Of a stretch of DNA of 64,000 nt, positions 39,731-48,236 are shown piece by piece. The position numbers and the translations under genes were made by a program. The stretch is from contig JAHLWR010000018.1 in NCBI GenBank assembly GCA_019057815.1, positions 11,328 to 75,327 on the forward strand. Reading direction: 5' to 3'. Source of the DNA: Candidatus Heimdallarchaeota archaeon. Lineage in GTDB: Archaea; Asgardarchaeota; Heimdallarchaeia; Heimdallarchaeales; Heimdallarchaeaceae. How positions within the stretch are numbered: the stretch's first letter is position 1; each line of letters begins with the position of its first letter. The notes below the pieces were generated by a model. That model was not told where the DNA came from. It did not search any database and worked only from the letters and a program-made list of their open reading frames with translations.

Positions 39731-40385
39731 TATCACTTTCTTTCAGATATCTTCCCCTAGCTTCAGCTTTAAGAGCTCGTTTAAGGATACTAGTTGAATT
39801 AGATGCAATTTTCTTGTATCCTTTTTGAAATGCAAAGAAGAATTCTTTGGAATATTCAGAATGTGTACTTGTAAAACATTTTTTCATTAATAACACGTCT
39901 ACTGCTTTATCTTCAATTGTTTTTGAAAATTTACCAAGCCCGAAATCAATAAAATAAAGAGTATCTTCATAGAAGAGAATATTGCTCGTTGTTAAATCTC
40001 CATGAATTATATCATTATTGTGAAGTTTTCCAACCAACTCTCCTATTGTATAAACTAAATTAAGTTTTTCATCCAGAAATATCTCCTTATAGAGAACTTC
40101 TTTCACTTTTTCTCCTTTAATATTTTCCATTACAATAACATGATTTTCTAGATCCACCTCAAAAACATGAGGTGTTTTAATCCCAGCTTTTTTGGAAGCA
40201 ACTAATAATCTAGTTTCTGCAATTGTCCTACTTTGCCTTAAAGATTCATCTATCTGTTTTAGTCTATATCCTTTGCTTACTCTAATTTTTTTTATGATCT
40301 CTAGTCCGAACCACATACCTTTTACAATTATGGCTTCGGCCCCCCATTCATCATAATTTTGATGTAAATTAGTTGTCGTAGGCAT
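39705..40385 (-). CDS. bud32: KEOPS kinase Bud32
   Basis: GAEA, K.R..K.YR, RT..E.RLL, IHGDLTTSN, IDFGL, EDKAVD, RGRY. Confidence 0.95.
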   Translation of the reverse strand: MPTTTNLHQNYDEWGAEAIIVKGMWFGLEIIKKIRVSKGYRLKQIDESLRQSRTIAETRLLVASKKAGIKTPHVFEVDLENHVIVMENIKGEKVKEVLYKEIFLDEKLNLVYTIGELVGKLHNNDIIHGDLTTSNILFYEDTLYFIDFGLGKFSKTIEDKAVDVLLMKKCFTSTHSEYSKEFFFAFQKGYKKIASNSTSILKRALKAEARGRYLKESDISCDYLLS

Positions 40386-41418
40386 TTTTTTTCTCTTCCA
40401 AGTTTCGTAAAGCTGTTATTATCTCATCACCTTTTGGTGATTCAATGATTGAATCTCCGAGATTAACTACACCTTTATTTTTAGTAACAGTTCCAATAAC
40501 TTTACACGATATTCTTAAAGTTTGTAAGTATTGAACAAGTTCTTGAGATTTCTTCGAATCAATACCTACTATTAAAGTACCGGAAGAAATCAACCTAAAT
40601 GGATCAAATTGTAGCCACATGGAGAGTTTTTTTGTTATAGGTGATAGAGGCGGCTCGGAGTTTATTTCGATTCCTATTGAACTATAAACTACTAGTTCTG
40701 TCAAGGCTCCATAAACACCTCCCTCCGTTGCATCATGTAGAAGAGATGGTTTGAATCGTTTATTTATATCAAGAGCAATGTCTACGACTCTTAATTGTTC
40801 TCCTATTCTTTTACCTTCTATTACTTCACTTTTGCTGAGAACGGTATTTATATATTTACCAGCTTCTGAAATTATTATTCCGGTTCCTTCAATTCCTGCA
40901 TTACCAATCACAACTATTTTCTCACCAACAGAAAGAATATTAGGAACTACCCAGTCTTTTGGAACAAAGCCGAACATATGTCCTGAAACCAAGATTTGCT
41001 GAACATTTTGAGAAATCTCTGTGTGACCTCCTAAAATAGCTATCCCTAGTTCCTTACATTGTTGATGTGCTTGAAGTTGAATTTTCTCTATCTCTTTATA
41101 TTTGATTTTGGGGGGACATATGATAGTTAGTAAAATCCCAAAAGGGAGAGCACCAGAACAAGAAATATCATTGGCATTAATAATAACGACATAACGACCA
41201 GGTTTAGAGGTAGGAAAAGTTATTGGATCAGATTTCTCAACTAATAGGACTTCTGAATAATTTTCATAGAAGTTTTGTACATCCTTTTTCGCTTTATTTA
41301 TATCAATAATAGCTACATCAGATCCTACTTCTCCTGATGCAATGATGCCTTTCTTTTTGCTTCCCTTGTGAATAATAAGATCTTTTAATAGATGAATTGG
41401 TAGTTTACCTTCTTCCAT
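40369..41418 (-). CDS. AIR synthase-related (HypE/ThiL-like) protein
   Basis: GKLP, DPIT, NANDI..SGA.P, GGHTE, HDATEGG, LISSG. Confidence 0.85.
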   Translation of the reverse strand: MEEGKLPIHLLKDLIIHKGSKKKGIIASGEVGSDVAIIDINKAKKDVQNFYENYSEVLLVEKSDPITFPTSKPGRYVVIINANDISCSGALPFGILLTIICPPKIKYKEIEKIQLQAHQQCKELGIAILGGHTEISQNVQQILVSGHMFGFVPKDWVVPNILSVGEKIVVIGNAGIEGTGIIISEAGKYINTVLSKSEVIEGKRIGEQLRVVDIALDINKRFKPSLLHDATEGGVYGALTELVVYSSIGIEINSEPPLSPITKKLSMWLQFDPFRLISSGTLIVGIDSKKSQELVQYLQTLRISCKVIGTVTKNKGVVNLGDSIIESPKGDEIITALRNLEEKKNAYDN

Positions 41419-41628
41419 TAAATCTAAATAATTCTTAACTTTCTAAAATTTTTCTACGTGTGAACATAAATCATTTCTAAGAAAAATTCATGAAAAACAC
41501 ATTTACCTTCTAACTTTGCTGGAAACTCTTACTTTAGTTGTAGGTAGTTCAAATATATCATAACCGTAAAATTATTTAATTAAAGCATTTCTATCAGTTA
41601 ATTGTAAAAATCTTTCGAGTGAAAAGAA

Positions 41629-42924
41629 ATGAATGATTTCGAAGCAATATTTAAAGAAAAAGAGATTGATTATGTTCAATTTCATTTCACTACTCTCTTT
41701 GGTGAATTAAGATCAGTTGAGTTTCCTGCAGGTATTTGGGAAGAAATGCGTGAAGGATCAGGTGTTGATGGCTCTTCTTTAGGATTTCTAAAAACAGAGC
41801 AAAGTGATATGAGAGTAGTACCAGATCTAGATACATTTGCTGTACTACCTTGGGATCAAAGAGTAGGAAGATTCATTTGTGATGTTCAGACAAACGATGG
41901 TTTTCCGCATCCTACAGATCCCCGAAGCATCCTCAAAAAAACTATACAAAAAGCTAAAGAAATGGGCTTTGAATACAAAACAAGACCAGAATTGGAATGG
42001 TTCTTTGTATATGACGATTACACACCTGCAGATGATGGTGTGTACATGGATACTTTACCTTTTGATAATCTTGCACTTCTTAGAAGAACAATTGCAGATG
42101 ATATGATGGAAATGAATATCTCTGTAAAAACTATTCACCATGAATGTGGTTTAGGACAACACGAAATTGAATTAAGCATGGATGATGCACTTATTCAAGC
42201 GGATAATTCTCAAACTGCTAAAATGATAATTAAAACTGAATCAGTACTTGAAGGATTAATCGGAACATTTATGCCAAAACCATTCCATGATCAAGCAGGT
42301 AATGGATTACATATACATCTGTATTTGACTATAGATGGAGTTAACATCTTTTCAGATGAAGAAAAAGGTATAAGTGATACTTTAAGATATTTTGTAGGTG
42401 GAATTTTAGAACATGTAGATGCGATGACAGCTTTCTTTAATCCCACAACAAACTCCTATAAAAGACTCGTTCCAGGTCACGAGGCTCCTGTGTTTAAATC
42501 CTGGGGAGTAGCCAATAGAACAGCTTTAATTCGCGTTCCTGGCTATGAGAAAAAAGCTAGGCTTGAATATAGAGCTGCGGATGGTGCAACAAATATATAT
42601 TTTGCAAAAGCGTTACTTTTAGCAGCAGGATTAGATGGTATTAGAAAAAAGATAGAACCAATTCCTCCAACGACAGAAAATGTTGAAAAACTAACTTCTG
42701 AAGAAAGGAAAGAAATGGGTATAACACAACTACCTTCAAATCTTAATGAAGCGCTTGATTTCATGGAAAAAAGTCAATTTATTCAGGAAGTACTTGGAAA
42801 AGAGATAGTTGACATTTATCTTGATGTTAAACGCCAAGAATACAAAGAATACTTAGATATCAAAAATAAAGGATTTGAAGCTGTGAAAGAGTGGGAACAT
42901 AAAAAATACCTTGAAAGAGTTTAA
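41629..42924 (+). CDS. glnA: Glutamine synthetase type I
   Basis: DGSS, ELE, HHE..GQHEI, FMPKP, GNGLH, NSYKRLVPGHEAP, NRTALIRVP, RLEYR. Confidence 0.93.
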   Translation: MNDFEAIFKEKEIDYVQFHFTTLFGELRSVEFPAGIWEEMREGSGVDGSSLGFLKTEQSDMRVVPDLDTFAVLPWDQRVGRFICDVQTNDGFPHPTDPRSILKKTIQKAKEMGFEYKTRPELEWFFVYDDYTPADDGVYMDTLPFDNLALLRRTIADDMMEMNISVKTIHHECGLGQHEIELSMDDALIQADNSQTAKMIIKTESVLEGLIGTFMPKPFHDQAGNGLHIHLYLTIDGVNIFSDEEKGISDTLRYFVGGILEHVDAMTAFFNPTTNSYKRLVPGHEAPVFKSWGVANRTALIRVPGYEKKARLEYRAADGATNIYFAKALLLAAGLDGIRKKIEPIPPTTENVEKLTSEERKEMGITQLPSNLNEALDFMEKSQFIQEVLGKEIVDIYLDVKRQEYKEYLDIKNKGFEAVKEWEHKKYLERV

Positions 42925-42963
42925 ATCTTATTTAACTTGCTGTATTTCTTCGATTACCTGTTG

Positions 42964-43008
42964 ATGAACTACCCACAACTAAAAGAAGTGGATTTCTGCT
43001 AAGTTCAT
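42964..43008 (+). mobile_element. Probable IS200/IS605-type end hairpin remnant or short palindromic element
   Basis: ATGAACTACCCACAACTAAAAGAAGTGGATTTC resembles the 'AACTACCCAC..CTAAA..GTGGG.TTC' subterminal hairpin; bounded by inverted ATGAACT/AGTTCAT; no transposase nearby. Confidence 0.4.
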
Positions 43009-43068
43009 TTAAATAATAAGAGAATCTTAATAAGGTACGGTAGATAATATTTTTTTAACCTTTTCGAG

Positions 43069-45126
43069 TTGATTGCTCTGACAATGGAACGTGATGATGT
43101 TTATAATTTACAGTATCAAGAGATTAAGGTTGTTAAAGCTAAAAAAACGCATATTTTAACTCAACTATATCTCTATAGAGAAGTTTCAATAGTTAAGATT
43201 GCTACTGAATTGAATCTAGAAGAATCAATAGTTAAACAATTCATACAATTCTTGATTCAAGATCTAATTTTACGAGGTCATTACAGAAAAAGAACATTTG
43301 TTGTAAGTAATTTCTATAAATATCCAATAATATCTAAGAAAAAATTGACAGAACTACAAATCATCATTTTAGGAATATTAGTACCAGTGCCAAAAATGAA
43401 AGTCAGTGAACTAGCAAATATCTGTATTATTTCTAAAGAAAAACTAAAAGATAATTTAATGGATCTTGTGAAATATGGATATTTCACTGGTTACATTAGT
43501 AAAGGATACATCAACTCAATAAATATCGAGCAACCAGATAAAAAAGAAAAAATCAGTGATGAGGATATTTTTATCATTGGAACATGTATGATGCGAAGAA
43601 AAGCTATTCTTACTGAAGTTGCAAAAGATACAGGAATTAAAAGAGAAAAAGTGTTGTATTGCATAGCTAAATTACTTGTAAATGGAAAGCTTGAAGCAAA
43701 AATTCAACTCGATACTGGTTTTTTAAGTAGTGAAGTTATTGTAACAGTAACAAAATTCATGATAAGTCCAAGAAAAATAGCTCTATCCGATTTAGGTGAA
43801 GAAGAGAAAGACACAGTTGGATATTTATTACTAAGAAAAAAAGCAACAATAAAATCGATTAGTAAATATGTAGAAAAAGATTCAATTACCATTCTCAGAA
43901 TTTTAGCAGAACTCACAGCAAAGGGAACATTTCAGGTTATATTTACTGATAAAATAAGTGTAACTCCACTTGTGGAACTGAATTTAAGACCAATTCGAAC
44001 CATAGAAGAAATGGCCACACTCAGCTTTTTTAATTATGAAGCATTATTTGGGTTACTGTCCACAAAAAATTCTATTGCAATTAAAAAATTAGCTAATAGC
44101 ATGAGTCGTTCTGAAGACGAAATCACAGAAGCTGTAATAAATCTGATGCTTGATGGGTTCGTAGATTGCACATTGAAAGGCAATAGACTTCAAATAAACA
44201 AAGTAAATCGATACAGCAGAGCTCAAGAAGGGACATTAGAAAGATGGGAGAAGATAGTCCTAGGGATGGTAATATCTAATAAAATTATATCAGTAAAAGA
44301 TATTTCTACTGCTTTGGGGATAGATAAAAAATTTGCAACGGAAAAATTGTACAGTTTCTATGGAAAAGGACTAATAAAAGGGTCTATTGTAGGAAATAGA
44401 TTAATACCTGATGAAATTCCTCTGTTCCCACCATTAAATCAACTCGAGGACTTTGAATCACATTTTATAGAGATTTTTGGTTATGTAATATCAAATGATA
44501 AAATAAATCTAAAAACTATTCAGAAACTATGGGGTAAATCCCTAACAGCAGTAAAGAACATTTTATACGAGCTAATAGGTTCAGCTCTAATAGTATTAGA
44601 GATGAGTAAGAATAGTGCTTTCGTAATTTCAAGCCAATCTTTTATGCCAAATAAAGAACTAGAAGATCTAGGAAAAATATATGTTCGTCTAGTAAATGAA
44701 ATTGAGAAATCAAGGAGAAAACGTATAAAGATAAGCAGCTTAGCCAATTCACTTTCGATGGAAAACGAGGATCTTTTCAAGCTTTTATGTCAGTTAACTG
44801 CTTTTGGATACTATCAAGGGAGTTTAACCATTTCATATTTTGAAAGAATAGGAAAATTGATAGAACCAGCTAAAAAAGCAACATGTCTAAATTGTGGTCA
44901 TATATTAAAATCACCTTACAACCCATGTAGCAACTGCAGACAAATGCCATCGCTATGTACAGTGTGTCAGGGTCTAATCAGACGTGGTGATGAAGTTTAC
45001 GAATGTCCTAGTTGCACTAATTTAGCTCATAGAGATCACTTACTGAAGTGGATATCTATCAAATCAGAATGTCCTTTATGTAAATCCAGAATTTCTCAAA
45101 GAACTCTTAAAAAGGTAACACTATGA
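43069..45126 (+). CDS. Protein with about 8 tandem PCI-like winged helices, a zinc ribbon and a C-terminal RING-like finger
   Basis: Repeats of I..LA..L......V...L..L...G.I.G.I; CLNC..CSNC; CTVC..CPSC....HRDH...W......CPLC. Confidence 0.75.
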   Translation: MIALTMERDDVYNLQYQEIKVVKAKKTHILTQLYLYREVSIVKIATELNLEESIVKQFIQFLIQDLILRGHYRKRTFVVSNFYKYPIISKKKLTELQIIILGILVPVPKMKVSELANICIISKEKLKDNLMDLVKYGYFTGYISKGYINSINIEQPDKKEKISDEDIFIIGTCMMRRKAILTEVAKDTGIKREKVLYCIAKLLVNGKLEAKIQLDTGFLSSEVIVTVTKFMISPRKIALSDLGEEEKDTVGYLLLRKKATIKSISKYVEKDSITILRILAELTAKGTFQVIFTDKISVTPLVELNLRPIRTIEEMATLSFFNYEALFGLLSTKNSIAIKKLANSMSRSEDEITEAVINLMLDGFVDCTLKGNRLQINKVNRYSRAQEGTLERWEKIVLGMVISNKIISVKDISTALGIDKKFATEKLYSFYGKGLIKGSIVGNRLIPDEIPLFPPLNQLEDFESHFIEIFGYVISNDKINLKTIQKLWGKSLTAVKNILYELIGSALIVLEMSKNSAFVISSQSFMPNKELEDLGKIYVRLVNEIEKSRRKRIKISSLANSLSMENEDLFKLLCQLTAFGYYQGSLTISYFERIGKLIEPAKKATCLNCGHILKSPYNPCSNCRQMPSLCTVCQGLIRRGDEVYECPSCTNLAHRDHLLKWISIKSECPLCKSRISQRTLKKVTL

Positions 45127-45455
45127 GAGAAGAAAACTTGACTTTAGAAGAATTAAAATCAGAATTAAGGGAGTTTCTTGAAGAAAGAGATTGGCTTAGA
45201 TTTTCACCTAATGAGGTTTTTATTCACTTGATTGAAGAGCTTGGAGAAATAAGTAAGCACCTCTTATTTTTATCCGAATACAAAACAGAAAGCATGGGTC
45301 ACAAAAAACCCGCTAATTCACAAATGCCTAGAGAGTTTGCGCAAGTTTTTTTTCTTTTCCTGCAATTGTGCATAATCCTAGATATAAATATTGAAGAAGC
45401 TTGGAAAGAAGAGTTTGAAATTATGAAAAAAAGGTTTCCTACTACCGATACATAA
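45123..45455 (+). CDS. MazG-like nucleotide pyrophosphohydrolase
   Basis: F.EERDW..F, LIEELGEI; overlaps the upstream stop (ATGA). Confidence 0.75.
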   Translation: MREENLTLEELKSELREFLEERDWLRFSPNEVFIHLIEELGEISKHLLFLSEYKTESMGHKKPANSQMPREFAQVFFLFLQLCIILDINIEEAWKEEFEIMKKRFPTTDT

Positions 45456-45482
45456 AAAAATACTTGGACTAATGAATAACCA

Positions 45483-46220
45483 ATGAAAGCCTCCAACTCT
45501 GTACCTATTCAACCCAACAATGTTACGAAGGGTTTTATCATAGTTGATAATGTGCATAAACATTACGATATGGGGGAAGTTAAAGTATTAGCATTAAATT
45601 CGATAAACCTATCCATTAATAGAGGAGAAATTGTTTCAATAGTTGGTTCATCAGGGAGTGGAAAAACAACTTTATTAAATATAATAGGGGCTTTAGATTA
45701 TGCAGACAGTGGCAAAATCATTATTGATGGTCATGATTTGAGTAGTCTAACAGATAAACAACTAAGTTACATGAGAAGAGAAACAATAGGATATGTTTTC
45801 CAAAACTTCAACCTTCTAGAAGAACTTACAGCAGCTAAAAATATTGAAATGCCAATGATTCTTACCAAAAAATCTAAATCTGAAAGAAAAAAAAAGGTTG
45901 AAGAGTTGCTCAAAATAGTAAATCTAGATGATCGTGCAAACCATAAGCCTAATCAGTTATCAGGAGGAGAACAACAACGTGTTGCAATTGCAAGAGCTCT
46001 TGGAAATGACACAAAAATCATTCTAGCAGATGAACCTACTGGAAATTTAGATTCTGCTACAGGAAATAGAATAGTAGATTTACTTTTACGCGTAAGCAAA
46101 GAGGGAAACAAAACGCTGATTTTTGTTACTCACGAAAATCACATTGCAACCAAAGCTGATAGGCAAATTGTAATGAATGACGGTTTAATAATTGAAGATA
46201 AAATCACGAAATCAAAATAA
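45483..46220 (+). CDS. ABC transporter ATP-binding protein (LolD/MacB-like)
   Basis: GSSGSGKT, FQNFNL, LSGGEQQRVAIARAL, ILADEPTGNLD. Confidence 0.95.
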   Translation: MKASNSVPIQPNNVTKGFIIVDNVHKHYDMGEVKVLALNSINLSINRGEIVSIVGSSGSGKTTLLNIIGALDYADSGKIIIDGHDLSSLTDKQLSYMRRETIGYVFQNFNLLEELTAAKNIEMPMILTKKSKSERKKKVEELLKIVNLDDRANHKPNQLSGGEQQRVAIARALGNDTKIILADEPTGNLDSATGNRIVDLLLRVSKEGNKTLIFVTHENHIATKADRQIVMNDGLIIEDKITKSK

Positions 46221-46260
46221 ACACTATTAACAAAGAATTTAGAAATATTAATAAGTAAGC

Positions 46261-46674
46261 ATGGGGATTCGAGTAAGTAGGGATGATATTATGCCTCGAC
46301 CAGCGTCTTTCATAGGGGGAGCATTAACGGCGATTGGAATCTTTGGAGTTGTCATATCCATTGTACAGCTTACTGAGAGTTATTGGTGGTTTCTATTTTA
46401 CTTAGCTATAGGTATTCTTGGAGGTTTTACTCTAGGTTCTGTATCAGCTTCATTTAAAGAAAGTGAAAAAAATGCTTATTTGACACTCACGGGATTTATG
46501 CTTGCAGCTATCATATTATTAACCACTTTTCTAGCTATTTGGCAACGTGACAATGCAAGTCTTAATATCGAAAATGGAATAAATGGTATCTGGGTTATTA
46601 TGATAGCAGCAGCATCTGGGCTTCTAACATATATAGGAACAACAATGATGTCAATTGGAGACTCCCGAAGGTGA
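46261..46674 (+). CDS. Four-TM membrane protein
   Basis: Four hydrophobic helices. Confidence 0.7.
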   Translation: MGIRVSRDDIMPRPASFIGGALTAIGIFGVVISIVQLTESYWWFLFYLAIGILGGFTLGSVSASFKESEKNAYLTLTGFMLAAIILLTTFLAIWQRDNASLNIENGINGIWVIMIAAASGLLTYIGTTMMSIGDSRR

Positions 46675-46758
46675 AAAAAATTTCACTTAGACTTCCAAAA
46701 CCTTTTTTTTATATACTTATAATTAGTCTTATCAGTGAAATAAAAGAGATAGATAAAT

Positions 46759-47892
46759 ATGACAGATACAAAATTCCTTCACTTTGGACAATTCATTAGT
46801 AAAAGAGCGTTAATAGCCACTGTAATTGGCGTGGGACTTGTTGTGATTACTGAATTTGTTTTTCCTTTGTTTGATATTTTAAAAGTAAGTGGACTTTGGA
46901 AGTGGTTTACACCAGTAACAATAACATTCACTCTAGCAGTGATTATGGTAACAAGCGTAATGGCAAGAAACATCGTTGCTTCAATACTCATTGCAACGTC
47001 AGCAGCATTATCATTCTACCATCCATTCAACGCGGATGCTAGCGCATCAGGATATGCTTTTACAGCAGCATTAATCATTTTTCTTGTTACAGCAATACTT
47101 TCAGGATTTTTAGCTACAAAAGAGATGACAGGGCAATCAGCACTTTTATCTATAGGAATTATTTTTGGAATCCAAGGATTAATTGGAGCAGGAATAAGCC
47201 TAGCAACGAATTTAAATTTAGCACATGTAGAATTTTGGGATCATGGTGTCAATGTTGCGCATGGAAATATAAAGGGTTTTCCTGTTTTCGATATAGTGTT
47301 AGCTGCTTTTTCCGTGATCTATATGGTTGCATTCATCATATTATCAAGAAAAAGGTACACTGCTAGTATCGAAGGGAAAAAATTCGAAATATTCGGCCAA
47401 GTATTGATTTTCTTAGCTATTGTAGGAGCACTAATTTTCAGTATATTAAGTCATGTAACTTATAACCAAGATACAGCTAATTCTATTTATACTGAAAATA
47501 ATGCCCAGTTCTTTAATATCCTTTTTGAGAAAGAACGTTATGGAATATTCTCTTCAGTTACGTTTCTCAATATATTCTACATTTTACCAATAGTTGGCTT
47601 CATAATAGGTTTAGGCCTTGCTCTTATAGTTATTCAAAGAGCTGATGGAACTTTAGGATATATGAGATTTAATTTTGAAGGTTCGTTCTTCTCCCTAAAT
47701 ATCGCAGTTGGTATTATCGCGTTTGGTTTCAGTTATACAATACTATATCTAGCTAGTTTCAGCTTCTACCTTAGAGTAGCAGCTTTCTTCACATTATTTA
47801 CAGAATTTACTAACCTTCTTCTTCTCAATATGCTAATAGCCTATATTATATACCTAATTATAACAATTATTCGAAGAATCGCAAACAAATAA
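46759..47892 (+). CDS. Multi-pass membrane protein
   Basis: About 10 hydrophobic helices. Confidence 0.75.
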   Translation: MTDTKFLHFGQFISKRALIATVIGVGLVVITEFVFPLFDILKVSGLWKWFTPVTITFTLAVIMVTSVMARNIVASILIATSAALSFYHPFNADASASGYAFTAALIIFLVTAILSGFLATKEMTGQSALLSIGIIFGIQGLIGAGISLATNLNLAHVEFWDHGVNVAHGNIKGFPVFDIVLAAFSVIYMVAFIILSRKRYTASIEGKKFEIFGQVLIFLAIVGALIFSILSHVTYNQDTANSIYTENNAQFFNILFEKERYGIFSSVTFLNIFYILPIVGFIIGLGLALIVIQRADGTLGYMRFNFEGSFFSLNIAVGIIAFGFSYTILYLASFSFYLRVAAFFTLFTEFTNLLLLNMLIAYIIYLIITIIRRIANK

Positions 47893-47897
47893 CTTGA

Positions 47898-47953
47898 TTT
47901 CTTTTTTTCTTTTCTTTCTCCTTTCTTATAAGCAGTTTTTTGTTCGTTTTTTT
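47898..47953 (+). terminator. Archaeal oligo-T/pyrimidine-rich terminator
   Basis: Multiple T-tracts directly after the 47892 stop. Confidence 0.6.
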
Positions 47954-47989
47954 GGTTTTTATATAGGGCCGTATAGATTATCCTTTGAA

Positions 47990-48130
47990 GGATTGTAGAT
48001 ATGCACCAACTTCATGGTGATCCTCGGGTCTACATCCAACAACCATCCAAAAGCGAACCGTAAGCAGCCTTACAAGAGGGTGTGGGCGGTGTAGGAGGTG
48101 TGTGACATCCCCATGATGTGCTTCAAGCAC
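47990..48130 (+). ncRNA. Candidate structured non-coding RNA (family unknown; strand and ends tentative)
   Basis: About 50% GC island between convergent genes; TTTATATA at 47958-65; helices GGA(T)TGTAGA/TCTACATCC, CACCA/TGGTG, ACATC/GATGT, GTGCT/AGCAC. Confidence 0.5.
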
Positions 48131-48236
48131 TTCTAAAGAATTCGCACAAAAATTCATGTCATAATAAGCATTGTAAATATCTATCTGTTATCTGACCACT
48201 GAAAAATACTGAACAACAACTCGATCAAGCTATAAT

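Noticed and set aside
41629-42924. Possible GS-like gamma-glutamyl-amine ligase instead of a true GlnA
   Set aside because: The ammonium-site features (SD after DGSS, GHEAP flap) are retained
48084-48150. tRNA-Sec-like arrangement (CTTCAAG loop with UCA preceded by a 7-bp stem)
   Set aside because: No T-arm and no 3' strand complementary to an acceptor stem
47960-48160. Assignment of the GC-rich element to 5S rRNA, SRP RNA, RNase P, THF riboswitch or group II intron domain V
   Set aside because: Only short partial matches; diagnostic motifs are absent, and it lies between convergent genes rather than in a 5' leader
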